From assembly GCF_006345805.1 (NCBI RefSeq), contig NC_043001.1, positions 127,968,001 to 128,032,000 of the forward strand: a stretch of DNA of 64,000 bases. Direction: 5' to 3'. The translations under genes were made by a program, and so were the position numbers. A model generated the notes under the pieces. That model had not been told where the DNA came from. It saw only the letters and a program-made list of their open reading frames with translations, and ran no database searches. The stretch is from Octopus sinensis (Eukaryota). Shown in pieces: positions 50,991-63,250 of the stretch. The number at the start of each line of letters is the position of its first letter. The first letter of the stretch is position 1.

Positions 50991-51295
50991 GTAAGTAAAG
51001 CTGTCTTTTATTTATTTATTTTTGTTTTTGTGAATTATATAAAGAACTGCAATTAAGATGTATTTAGTAGAATTAATGATCAGATATGATTACAGAGTTT
51101 GCATTTCTAAGGAGGAAGGAATTGACAAAATGTGATTGAGAAAAAAAATATAGTATGATGAGTATTTTTAAATGTCAAAAGGAAAATTATCTGATTTAAT
51201 GACATTTGAGTTGATATTGAAAAAATGCAACTATATTGTTGGCCAAGATATGTGTGGTTAGTGTTTTTTTTAATGTAATTCTCTAGATTTTCTTT

Positions 51296-51537
51296 TTACG
51301 TGCCACCGGCACGTAAAAAGCACCAACCGATCGTGGCTGCTGCCAGATTCCCCTGGCACGTAAAAAGCACCCACTACACTCACAGAGTGGTTGGTGTTAG
51401 GAAGGGCATCCAGCTGTAGAAACACTGCTAGATCAGACTGGAGCCTGGTGCAGCCTCCTGGCTTCCCAGACCCCGGTCGAACCGTCCAACCTGTGCTAGC
51501 ATGGAAAATGGACGTTAAACGATGATGATGATGATGA
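51296..51537 (+). mobile_element. V-domain SINE (family C)
   Basis: Core plus (gat)n tail; reverse complementary to 50493-50655. Confidence 0.88.
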
Positions 51538-52068
51538 AATATAGGTGAAAGTCTTTAACTTTTTTAGCATCCAGTCCAGTTTAGTTTGTCAAATGCAATG
51601 CTTAAAATCTTCATATTGTTTTGAGCTAATCATGCATTATTTTATAGCTTTGAGATTTCGATTATGTGATTGCTTATTTTTAAGGTACTGAATTAACTTA
51701 CTAATGTGGGCATGTCTAGTTAAGAAGTTTTCTTTGTAATCACAGGCTTTGTATTAAGTCCCACTGTGCAGCATTTTGGGGGTAAGTGTGATCTGCCATG
51801 ACCTCCAAACCAATGAATGCTTTGTGAGTAAATGTGGTTGACAGAAACTATGGAACCCTATTGTGTGTGTGTGTGCATTTTCGTCTTTATATTTGTTCTG
51901 TACTCCACCTTGTGATAGCCAACGTTGGTTTGTTTACTTCACTGTAACTCAGTGCTTTGGCAAGATAAAGACCAATAGAATAAATGCCTAAAACCTAAAA
52001 GAACGAGTGGTTTTACTTGAATGAGTGTAACAAGTAAAAGAATAAAAGGGTTTGTTCGGGTTGTGAGT

Positions 52069-52297
52069 TTAACCCTTTAGTGTTCGCATTATTCTACCAA
52101 AATTAATGCTTCTTCATCCACATTGTTTTGAATTGATCATGCATTATCTTGTAACTATGAGATTTTGATGAGGTAGCTGTTAATTTTTTAAAAGATATTG
52201 TAGGGTTGGTGTGAGAGACCAGATCTGGCCAGTTTGAACATAAAACAGGCAGAATGCTTTTAGCCGGATATGGCCGGTTTAAATGCTAAAGGGTTAA
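52069..52297. mobile_element. TTAA MITE
   Basis: TTAAccctttag ... atgctaaagggTTAA. Confidence 0.88.
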
Positions 52298-52429
52298 ATA
52301 TGCCATAGATATTTCATTGTATTTCTGGATAAGACATTTAATTCTGTTTAATATGAGTTCATCTAACTCTCATTAACATGTAGCAAATTATTTTCTGGAA
52401 CAGTTACCCATGATAAGACATTATTTAGT

Positions 52430-54240
52430 TCATGGAGATTTGTCTCTCAATTTCAGCTACTAGAGCCTATGAACTCTTGTGACCATTCCTTCATGTGTTC
52501 CTATTTGGCCCTCCCTGCGTCTTTTCTTCTTTTATCACTCTTCATCCCCTCAAAACTGTTCTCTCATTGATGCTGTATCTGACGAAAATGACCATGTCCT
52601 TTCTTCTTGTGATTCATGAAAGGATTGAATTTGAGAGGTCTCTAATCTAACTATTGATTTTAACCCTTTAACATTCAAACCAGCTATATCTGATCCAAAT
52701 ATTCTATCTGTTTTATGTTCAAACTGACCAGATTCAGTCTCTCAGACCTACCCTACAATGCCATTCTAAAAGTAAAACAACAGCATCATCAAAATCTTGA
52801 TGCTGTGAGATAATGCATAATTAATTCAAAAACACTGTAATTAATAAGCTTTGTGTTTGATAAAGTAATCTGAATGCTAAACGGTTGAAGACCAGCTCTA
52901 ACTGTATGAAATTTCTCTTCTCTCCTATTATGTATTTATATTATGAATACTGTGTGTGAAGATTTAGAGGGTCATGTAATATAACTTTTAGTTTCTTACT
53001 CTGTTGTCAGTATTTGCTTCTATGTTATCTCTCCCTTGTTGAACATACTCATCTAATCTCAGTGTTTTTTTTCTGTTCTGAGGCCATCTAGTCATTAGAA
53101 ACCTGAACTCTGGTGCAGTACCCAGAAAGGCTGTTCAGTCAATAGTTATATATCAGGATATTTATAGCGACATGTTGTGCATGGAAGGAGTCTTTGCATG
53201 TATATCCGATGTGTTTTCCTGGGGTCACATGAAGAGCCATTTGTTACATTAGATCTTTGGCTTCCGACTAGAAGTATTTTTTTTTTGATTTTACTATTTA
53301 TGAAATGGTTTCACTTACTTATAGAGAAAGAAATCTAAATTCATCTCTTAAACCTCTGATTTGGTCTTTCATAAATAAGTGAGGTAGGTCTTTGTTGTAA
53401 CTCTTATTTTGTTCAATTTTTCCCACTACAAAGTCTTGACATCTTAGAGACTTGATAGTTCTCATTTGGAAACAGTTATCTCCCTTCTTGTTGAATCCGA
53501 TGGCTTTGGTGTCTGTAATAATCTTCCAGTTACTTTTAAATATTCTGACCATTCCTTCATGTGTTTTTATTTGGCCCTCCTACATTCTACTGTGCGTCTT
53601 TTCTTCTTTTATCACTCTTCATCCCCTCACTCTCATTGATGCTGTATCTGACAAAAATGACCATGTCCTTTCTTCTTGTCCTTCAAAAAACATTGTAGAG
53701 ACTAGTGATTTCATTGCTCACAATGTTAACTGACTTATTTTCTAAAATGCAAATTCTGCTTGGAAACCCTGTTTTAATCTCTCACTCTCTTTCTCAGTCA
53801 ACTTCCCTATTTGTTATCCAGACCATGAGAACCATAATCTTTTCCTTGTTGATCTTTGCCTCATGTCTGATTCTATTATTTGCTTTATCTTTCCCATGAA
53901 CCACTTGATACACTGGTTGCATATTTCTCTGAATATATCTGCTAATTTCTTCTCGCACTGTCTTCTAATTCTCTGTAACTTATATTTATTAACTTGATAA
54001 CTGAGATTCTTTTTGCAATTTTCTCCATGATTCTCTTTCGGATAATTTCTTTCTCTTTTTGCTGATATAACAGAAAGCCTCCGTAGTTTATTTTGGATTT
54101 AGATGAGTATGAATTCTTTCATTCCTCATCAGAAATAACTTAGTTAAAACCACGTGACTTTCTTTGATTTTCTCTTGCTTTGCGTCTACTATTGCTCAGA
54201 GAAATTACTTTTCCCATCTTTATTGTGAAGACAACTCTTG
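52430..54240 (-). mobile_element. Highly decayed LINE (RT region), interrupted by a MITE
   Basis: Minus-strand remnant EIKTGFPSRIC resembles RT IKTGVRQGCIL; many stops; boundaries approximate. Confidence 0.45.
52660..52888. mobile_element. TTAA MITE, opposite orientation
   Basis: TTAAccctttaacattcaaaccagctatatc is the reverse-complement end of the 52069 copy. Confidence 0.8.
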
Positions 54241-54252
54241 AGAAAATAAACA

Positions 54253-54529
54253 TTTGGTAGACAGAAACTGAAAAGAAGCCTGTTGTATATATGTATATAT
54301 ATATATGCATGTGTGTGTTTGTGTGTCTGTGTTTGTCCCCCTAGCATTGCTTGACAACCGATGCTGGTGTGTTTATGTCCCCGTTACTTAGCGGTTCGGC
54401 AAAAGAGACCGATAGAATAAGTACTGGGCTTACAAAAGAATAAGTCCCGGGGTCGAGTTGCTCGATTAAAGGCGGTGCTCCAGCATGGCCGCAGTCAAAT
54501 GACTGAAACAAGTAAAAGAGTAAAGAGAG
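54253..54529 (+). mobile_element. 5'-truncated CORE-type SINE (family A)
   Basis: 3' half of the family A sequence. Confidence 0.88.
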
Positions 54530-54789
54530 TATCTTTTCTCATTATGCTGGGGAAGCACTGCAAGAAAGTCCTTGCAGGTGCTAAATCTCAGTGTATAGAG
54601 TGGACCAAATTTTGTTTTGCTACAATTGGCTGAATCATTACCTTACAAATTTGTATTCTTGTGTATTAGAAATGATTATTGTAAGGCAGAGAGCTCTCAG
54701 AATCATCGGTCCATTGGACAAAATGCTTCATGACATTTCTTCCTGTTTTTCTGAGTTCAAATCCCACCAAGGTTAATTTTGTCTTGTGC

Positions 54790-55082
54790 CGGTGGCACGT
54801 AAAAAGCACCATCCGATTCGTGGCCATTGCCAGCTTCGACTGGTCTCCGTGCCGGTGGCACGTTAAAAGCACCATCCGATCGTGGCCGTTTGACAGCCTC
54901 GTCTGGCACCTAAAAAGCACCCACAACACTCGCGGAGTGGTTGGCGTTAGGAAGGGCATCCAGCTGTAGAAACACTGCCAGATCAGACTGGGCCTGGCGC
55001 AGCCTTCTGGCTTCCCAGACCCCAGTTGAACCGTCCAACCCATGCTAGCATGGAAAGCGGACGTTAAACGATGATGATGATG
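54790..55082 (+). mobile_element. V-domain SINE (family C)
   Basis: Subunits, core and (gat)n tail. Confidence 0.88.
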
Positions 55083-55292
55083 ATTTTTATGGGTTTGATA
55101 TAATAAAGCACTAGTCAAGTACTGGGTTGATGTAATTAGCTAAGCTTCTTCCCTAAAGAATTGCTTTGTCTTCCGTCAGAATTCAAAATGTTGTTGTTAC
55201 TGTTGATGCTGCTGCTGTTGAATATTGGAAGAGTCATTTGAGAATCAGAAAAATTGCTTTGGGTGTATTTGTTTTGACTCTTTGTTTTGAGT

Positions 55293-55520
55293 TTAACCCT
55301 TTAGCATTAAGATTACTCTGTCAAATGTAATGCTGATCTATTTGCACTGATTTGAATTAATCAAGTATTATCTAATAGCTTTGGGATTTCGATGATGTGA
55401 TTGTTCATTTTTAAATATACATTGTAGCATAGATGTAAGAGATGAGATCTGAATGGTTTGAACATAAAACAGGTAGAATCTTTGGGCTAAATATGACCAG
55501 CTTAAATTCTAAAGGGTTAA
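55293..55520. mobile_element. TTAA MITE
   Basis: TTAAccctttagcat ... ctaaagggTTAA. Confidence 0.85.
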
Positions 55521-55909
55521 AATCCTACCAAGATCAACTTTGTCTTACATCCCTCCAAGGTCTATAAAATAAAGTACCAGTGAAGTATGGTTTTTGATGT
55601 AATCAGTGAACCACCTACCCCAATGTTGCTGGTTTGTGCCTCGCTTAGAAATAATTATTCAAGACAGCTGGCTAAATTGTTAGTGTCAGAGGGGAAAACA
55701 ATACCTTGTGGTATTTGTTCCAATTCTTTGTTCCGAGTTGAAAACCTTCCAGGGTTAACTTTATCTTTCATCGTTCTGAGTTCAATGAAATAAAGTCTGA
55801 GTTTGATGAAATAAAGTGTGTGTTAAATAAATGTAATCAATTAATCCCTCCTTTAAAATTGCTTGCCTCATGTCTAAATTAGAAACCATTATTTATTTAT
55901 TTATTCCAG

Positions 55910-56007
55910 AAAGAAAAGTGTCTATTTTCTTGACTGTGATCTTGGTCAAACAGAATTCACACCACCAGGCTGTGTATCCTTGAGTTTGGTGAAAGATTAT
56001 GTTCTAG
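55910..56007 (+). CDS. NOL9: NOL9 exon with Walker B (VYFLDCDLGQTEFTPPGCVSL)
   Basis: ttattccAG and G|GTAAGC; 98 nt, phase 2 to 1; DxGQxEFTPPG is the Clp1/NOL9 signature. Confidence 0.96.
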
Positions 56008-56426
56008 GTAAGCTATGTGTATAAAAATATTTCTAATTGTATTGAAATGTTCCATAATTCCAAACCAAATTATTGGTTGTATATATTGTTGTATCCTTCA
56101 GTTGGTGAACATTTCCACTCTTTGCCTCTTGCCACTTGACTGATAAGACTGAATAGAAATGGTATTTTATTTTGCAAAGTGAAAGCTAGATTATCAACCA
56201 CATGCTCATAAGTTCAAACTTTATTGCAGTCATTGGATTGTTTCCTTCACTTTGCTTACTTTGACTAAACAGAAAAAAAAAAATGGGCAAGTTCCAGTTT
56301 TGTTTCATGATTGAGTGTCAAGCCAGGAATTCACAGCCTTTGGTAGTTTAAAAGCTCTCTTTTACTGGATGGGAATAACTGTTTTATAAATGATTCACCT
56401 CAGGTTTTGAAGAGAGAGGTAAACCA

Positions 56427-56800
56427 TCATCATTGTTGTTTAACGTCCGCTTTCCATGCTGGCATGGATTGGATTGTTTGACTGAGGGCTGGCAACCCAG
56501 AAGGCTGCATCAAGCTTCAATCTGTTCTCGCAAAGTTTCTACAGCTGTATGCCCTTCCTATCACCAACCACTCCGAGAGTGTAGTGGGTGCTTTTTACGT
56601 ACCACCGGCATAGAGGCCAATCAGGCAGTACTGGCATTGATCATGCTTGAATGGTGCTTTTTACGTGCCATCAGCATGGGATGCAGTCAAGTGGCACTGG
56701 CAATGACCATGCTTGAGTGGTGTTTTTTACTTGCCACTAGCATGAGTGCCAATCAGGCAGTACTGGCATTGGCCACAACAGTGGCTTCACTTGATTCAAC
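56427..56800 (-). mobile_element. V-domain SINE (family C), diverged
   Basis: aacgtccgctttccatgctggcatgg tail, core and subunits. Confidence 0.8.
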
Positions 56801-58086
56801 AGGCCTTCACTAGTGCAGTTGATTGCCCAACGATTGAAAGGTATTCTTAAATGGGCTGGTTATGCTGCAGTGGCATAGGCTACGGTTACAGTTTCACTTA
56901 GTAAAATTTGTATAGAAATTACTGAAAGTGGTGAGGTCTTATCTATATAATTAAATTATATTGGATCTTGGTACATCATTAGTCATATTTTTGCTTGCTG
57001 ATAACACAATGACCTATACATCATATTTTATTCCAGACAGATGTATTTAAAATATAAATGTTGTACCTGGTTTAAATATTTTATGTCTAAGAAAAAACAC
57101 CACTTCTCTAAACAACCAGCACCCTCTCCATATCATCATATGCCATTTACTACTCCCCTAACCTCTCAATGCCCTGAAGGAGGCACTGTTAAGAAAGACT
57201 ACCCTAGAGTGTTGTAGACCATAGGAATATCACGAGATCTTAAGTTTAAGTTACACAACTGAGAAAAAATGCCAAATTTTATTAGAAATATAGATTACAG
57301 AGAGAGTGAGAAAATGCAGTTAGGGTATAGTCAATTTTTCTCTGGAGCTTATATATTCTCTTCTGGAATAAAACCTTAAATATAAGGGGGATAAGTTGAT
57401 GGTGTCACAGAAACAGTGGAATCCACTTGGTTAGCTGTAGGCATAGCATTTACTTTTCTTTTTCAGTGATCCTATCTGAGAAATGGAAATCATATATATC
57501 TCTGTCTTCTACTCCAGATGCTCTGTGAAGTGGTTGTAAGTGAACAAAGACTTGGGGTCCTTTCAGTTTTCTCAATGGAAACTAACAGAAGCCCATTGTA
57601 AATATATATATGTATGTATGTACATACGTACATGGTCTGATCAACAAGTAACAGGTCTCTTGCTATGGTAATGAAGCTAAAATATGCAGAATGAAACAGC
57701 TTGGCACAAATTGACTTGAATGCTTTTGCACATTCACATTTAGTTATAACATTCTCATTCACTTCCGATATTTTTAGCTGTGCTTAGAGGTAAAATGTGT
57801 AGTTGTCTCAAAAAAAGATAGGTTTTCAGCTGTGTAGGGTCTCCTCGATTGTATTGAGGAAGATGGAAAAATTTTCAATATGGTCATAATAGGTGACGTA
57901 TTGTGGGTTTGTGGCTATGACCCTGAAAACAAAGGCTCAGTCTTCACAGTGGAAGACCCCAACAAGATTTCAAGACATTGAGGAAATTCAAGAGAATGTA
58001 ATGAAACAATAAAAAAACCCACAGTAAATCAATAGTCTCTAATAGGATCTTTAAGCATTCTTATAAGAGTTTGGCATTGTTTACTA

Positions 58087-58313
58087 TTAACCCTTTCATT
58101 ACCAACCTGGCTAAAACCGGCTCTGGCTCTGAGTACAAATGTCTTCTTTTCATAAGTTTTGAATTAAAATCTTCCACCAAGCCTTAGTTACAATTTATGT
58201 TCTTAACACTAGCTGAATGGTAACCAAGTTATTTTACTAAATTCTTTGTATATTTAAAGTAATTGAAAGAAACACAGAGCATCTCAAAATAAATACAATA
58301 ATGAAAGGGTTAA
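58087..58313. mobile_element. Second TTAA MITE family
   Basis: TTAAccctttcatta ... taatgaaagggTTAA, 11-bp perfect TIR; interior differs from the 33174 family. Confidence 0.85.
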
Positions 58314-58454
58314 TACAGTATTTTGAATTTTTAAGTATTTCTTTAAGGTAACATACTAAATAAACTTATTTCACTCCTCCTTCTGTATCGTAAAATTTCA
58401 TCACTTTCTATATATTTGTAAAATTGAGATAACCTGATATATTTTGTTTTTCAG

Positions 58455-58488
58455 GCCCACCATTCTGTCACCAAAAAGAACCCATTTA
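58455..58488 (+). CDS. NOL9: NOL9 microexon (GPPFCHQKEPI)
   Basis: ttttcAG and TA|GTAAGT; 34 nt, phase 1 to 2; matches NOL9 GPPFTH. Confidence 0.93.
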
Positions 58489-59690
58489 GTAAGTATGCAG
58501 TGCAGCAAGGTTGCTCTTGTATTTGATATTTTTCTGTGTGTGTATTTGTTATTTTTATTGTTGAGTAACTGTGGTCAACTCTATTTGAGTAAAGCTTAAA
58601 GAGGTAGCTGATTAAACAATTCATTCAAATGGTGCTTTTTCAGCTATTGCATCCAATGTTTAATGTGGGACATTCATTTTATAGATAGTATTGAGATTTT
58701 TTTTTTCTTTTGGTGGGGAAGAGTTTGGCTGCCATGTTGTGGTGGTTGAATGACTAATTTGAGATATGTATTGTTTAATAAAAAATAGACATAAACAACG
58801 TAAGCCACAGATGACTGAGGTGGTATGGTTTCAGACCAGCAATCAAGAGTATGAGTGGTTGATAGTCTGTGACCATGTCATGGCACTTCTCTTTCAGTGA
58901 CTCAATTCTTTTTTGCGATAAGTTCACTTTGTTGTATGCTGTTTCTGGAGTAAGTTCACAGTGGCCCAATTCATTATGCAGTTTACCTTGCATGCTACAA
59001 GCTGTGTTACAGTATAGTGTATTTCACCAGATTAAATAGTGACAGCATTACAAAAACAGAAAAGTGTTTTGATAAATTTACAGTACTGCGTTCAGCTTTC
59101 TTCCATACTTACAAGTTGGACAAGGAGGGTCACTGCCAAGCTTTTTTACTTGTCTTAGATATTCTGTTATTAGCATATTTTTATATAATTCATTTTCAAT
59201 GCAAATGTTGCAAGGGTTTGTTCTAGTACAATATCTTGCCACTTGTTGTTGCAGTCCTTTTGTCACCTTTTCTCTGAGGTCCAGCACCTCTGAGCACCTC
59301 TGAGCTTAAACCTATATTTTTCCTACATCCTCTTCTCCTACTGGAGATTCCTTCTACTTAAATTGCTTATGTTAGTCTTGTTCTTATATATATATATATC
59401 TATTTTGGATGTATTTGGGGTACTTAGTTGTGCCCGTGACTTAGTATTTGCTTCTTCCATGGGTATCTCATTTATTTCTTTTGCCACATGTATCACTGAC
59501 GAAGAGAGGGCTCTTAGTAGCTAACTCTGAAATCGGTCTGATATGGTAATAATGGAATTTTTTAGAAATTTCTGTCAACCTTTTTTCGAGTAGCGTGCTT
59601 ATTGTGAAAAAATTATATGGTTAATGGACAATATGTCCAATTTTTTGGCATATTTGGCATTAGAAATTTTTTCCTTTGCCCTCATTTATG

Positions 59691-59725
<35 letters not shown>

Positions 59726-59855
59726 GATAAAATCTTATATGGTTTGCTCCTGCAGCTTTATATGTTATGGGATTCAGCTACATAGGCAAACACAACAACA
59801 ATAACAATTACCATAACCATGAATGTTACTGTTCATTTTTTTCTTTGATTTCCAG

Positions 59856-59992
59856 TAATATTTTTGTGGGTGATATCACACCTGAATCCAGTGCTAACCA
59901 TTACATGATCTGTATTCGCAATGTTATTCATTTCTACCTGAGATTATCTCCACAATTACCTTTGGTCATTAACACAATGGGCTGGATTAAAG
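59856..59992 (+). CDS. NOL9: NOL9 exon (NIFVGDITP..PLVINTMGWIK)
   Basis: tttccAG and G|GTTGGT; 137 nt; matches the conserved PLIVNTMGW motif. Confidence 0.95.
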
Positions 59993-60875
59993 GTTGGTTT
60001 TTTATTATTATTTTTCTACTGATTTGTGTGTTATTTCTAATTTAAATGTTTTTTTCATTCTTTTCATATATGTCCATGTAATCCCTATACACATGTACAC
60101 CTACTCATCTTCACAACACAAAACCATTGCATACACTAATAGTTTCTATAAACATTCTCTACTGATCTCACATTATGTAAGTCAGTTGCAGTGGACAACA
60201 CAGCTCATTCACAAAGTTTACTGCATTTTTCTGGTACAAAATTTTCCCAAAACGCCCCTAATGAGTGTTGGTAGATGGTGTAACATATGCTAGTGCCAGA
60301 TTTCTAGCATAAGCTATTGAAAGATCTGTGAAGTGTAGGAATGGCTGTGTGGTAAGAAATTTGCTTTGCCGGTCACATTTTTATTCCGGGTTCAGTTCTG
60401 CTGCGTTGCACATCGAACCATAGCCCTAGGCCAACAAAAAGTCATGTGAGTGAATTTGGTAGGTTAAAAACTGAAAAAACCCTATTGTGTGCATGGGTGC
60501 CTGTCCTCTTCACACTGTTTAACAACCCTGTAACTTAATGGCTTGGCAAAAGTGTACCAATAGAATAGTACCGAACATAAAAAGACAAGTATTGGGGCAA
60601 ACTTTTTTTCCCAGTTAAATACTTCAAGGTAATGCCCCAGCATGGTCGCAGTTCAGTGATTAAAGCAAGGTATATCATCGTCTCATTTAACATCTGTTTC
60701 CTTGTCGGCATAAGTTGGACAGTCTGACAGGAGCTGGTCAGCTGAAGAGCTTTTCGGGTTTCATGTCTGTTTTCGCATGGTTTCTATAGCTGGATGCCCT
60801 TCCTAATGCCACCCACTTCACAGTATACTGGCTGCTTTCATGTAGCACCAGCACCCACAAGCCTGCAAGATTAGG

Positions 60876-61258
60876 GAAGCACTCCGTCGGTTACGACGAC
60901 GGGGGTTCCGGTTGATCCGAATCAACGGAACAGCCTGCTCGTGAAATTAACGTGTAAGTGGCTGAGCACTCCACAGACACGTGTACCCTTAACGTAGTTC
61001 TCGGGGATATTCAGCGTGACACAGAGAGTGACAAGGCCGGCCCTTTGAAATACAGGTACAACAGAAGCAGGAAGTAAGAGTGAGAGAAAGTTGTGGTGAA
61101 AGAGTACAGCAGGGATCACCACCATCCCCTGCCGGAGCCTCGTGGAGCTTTAGGTGTTTTTGCTCAATAAACACTCACAACGCTCGGTCTGGGAATCGAA
61201 ACCGCGATCCTATGACCACGAGTCCGCTGCCCTAACCACTGGGCCATTGTGCCTCCAA
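60876..61258 (-). mobile_element. Young tRNA-derived SINE (family D) with 11-bp TSD, inserted into an older V-SINE
   Basis: Minus-strand head tggcccagtggttagg (A box) ... ggtttcgattccc (B box); TSD gcaagattagg at 60865-60875 and 61259-61269. Confidence 0.9.
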
Positions 61259-62248
61259 GCAAGATTAGGATCACTCAGCTGAAGTGGGATGCAGGAGACA
61301 TGCCTGTTTGCAAGGACAACCATGATTTTACTTAGCTTGTTTTCTCAAGAACAGCAAACTGCCAAACCACAGTTTCATTCAATGGACTTTTTAGTTGACT
61401 GAACATATTAGCAAATTTAAAAGTTTGGAAATGTCTCACTTTAAGTCTCACTCGAGACTTTTTAAGGGTTAGCAACTAATCGAAGCTGAAGTATATTTTA
61501 ATCTTACGAAAAAAAAAAGAAGCCAATCTTTGTGATGTAGTTTTAATAATGCTATTCATGTGAGGTGGTCATGAGAGATCAGCTGAAATGGTAAAAACTA
61601 GCATTTATAAGGACATATATGATTGGTGTAAATTATGTCTGACTTTCTCTTTGATATGTGTAGTGATTATGCCTTTGTGCTATTGAAGGAGACTATGTTG
61701 TTATTGATATAAGTGATTTACATCTACATTTCTACATTAGTGTGAAGGGTGGGAGATTTTGCATTTATTTTGGAGCAGTTGTTTTTCTTTTATTACTTTT
61801 TATCATTCCTACACCAACCATGTGAATCTTTATTTCCTTTTAATAATAATAATAATAATAATAATTGTGTACAGTGCTCAGGTGCACTACAACTCATCTA
61901 AAGTGTATATATAATCAGGTGTAGTTTCGGCGGATTTCGGAAAGCACGAGGGCCTTAAAGGATGCAGTGTCATGGCAGTCAACAACTGACGCAGGCAGTT
62001 TATTCCATGCTTCAGCAACTCTGAGCGTGGAAAAATGTTTCCGAAAGTCATGGGAGCTGTGTTGTTTTCTGACTTAGTAGGCATGTCCACGTGTGTTTGC
62101 CATGCCAGATAAGATTGCTCAGGAAAACAGGGCACAGGTTAGAAATTATGACCTCATGATTAGTAGTCCAGCACATTAACCTCACAGCTAATGTGGTCTT
62201 TGTTTCATTTACATATTGATGTTTATATCCTTTGGTTTTATTTTACAG

Positions 62249-62406
62249 GACCTGGGAAACAGATGCTTGATGGCATACTTAATTTAATCACTCCAGACCA
62301 GGTTGTTTACCTTTATTCACCTAAAATAAAATTAGAGCCTAAGGAACTGCAGCCTTCTGTTGTTGGTCAGAACCCATGGAATTTTCCTGGAGAGAAAAAT
62401 GAACTT
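62249..62406 (+). CDS. NOL9: NOL9 exon (GPGKQMLDGILNLITPDQVVYL...); gene continues beyond the window
   Basis: ttttacAG and CTT|GTAAGT; 158 nt, phase 1 to 0; resembles NOL9 LIRLLSPSHVVQ; no stop reached. Confidence 0.9.
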
Positions 62407-62516
62407 GTAAGTAACAAAAAGGAGGGAAATAATTGCATTTCTCATCATCATCAAACTTCTACTTTTCCATGTTTGCTTGGGGCAGGCAAGAGTATTTTGG
62501 GATAGTTATATAGCTG

Positions 62517-62750
62517 CAAGGTGGCGAGCTGGCAGAAACGTTAAGCACGCCGGGCGAAATGCATAGCCGTATTTCGTCTGCCATTACGTTCTGAGTTCAA
62601 ATTCCGCCGAGGTCGACTTTGCCTTTCATCCTTTCGGGGTCGATAAATTAAGTACCAGTTACGCACTGGGGTCGATGTAATCGACTTAATCCATTCGTCT
62701 GTCCTTGTTCGTCCCCTCTGTGTTTAGCCCCTTGTGGGTAGTAAAGAAAT
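62517..62750 (+). mobile_element. Young Deu/Nin-domain SINE (family B) with 11-bp TSD
   Basis: TSD ttatatagctg at 62506-62516 and 62751-62761. Confidence 0.9.
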
Positions 62751-63021
62751 TTATATAGCTGGATGCCCTTGTTGACAACCCTTCTTTTCCAAGTGAAGTA
62801 ATAATCTTCCAGTCATTATCAAGCAACAAACAGCACCAGTTGAATGGGCCTTTTGCTTACAAAGATCATGCTGCATGTTCAGAAGCACAGACATGCTTTC
62901 ATGGCTGACTGCAAGCAAATGACACCACCAGGAAGATACTGTTTGCACACTAGTGAACATGAGGTTAAATATGAACTCACATACATAGATATATACATAT
63001 ACAGTATACAACAGGCTTCTA

Positions 63022-63250
63022 GGAGTGGCTGTGTGGTAAGTAGCTTGTTTACCAACCACATGGTTCCGGGTTCAGTCCCACTGTGTGGCACCTTGGGCAA
63101 GTGTCTTCTACTATAGCCTCGGGCCGACCAAAGCCTTGTGAGTGGATTTGGTTGACGGAAACTGAAAAGAAGCCCGTCGTATATATGTGTATGTATATAT
63201 ATATGTATATATATATATGTATATATGTATATATATATATGTATATATAT
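63022..63250 (+). mobile_element. CORE-type SINE (family A), 5' half ending in a (TA/TG) microsatellite
   Basis: ggagtggctgtgtggtaagtagc..ccttgggcaag..gaagcccgtcgtatat. Confidence 0.88.

Noticed and set aside
59450-59560. Penelope-like terminus (ctgacgaagag..gaaatcggtc), with similar sequences near 16990 and 45600
   Set aside because: Motif too short to call by eye
61190-61258. tRNA gene
   Set aside because: A/B boxes are the head of a TSD-flanked SINE; no full cloverleaf evident
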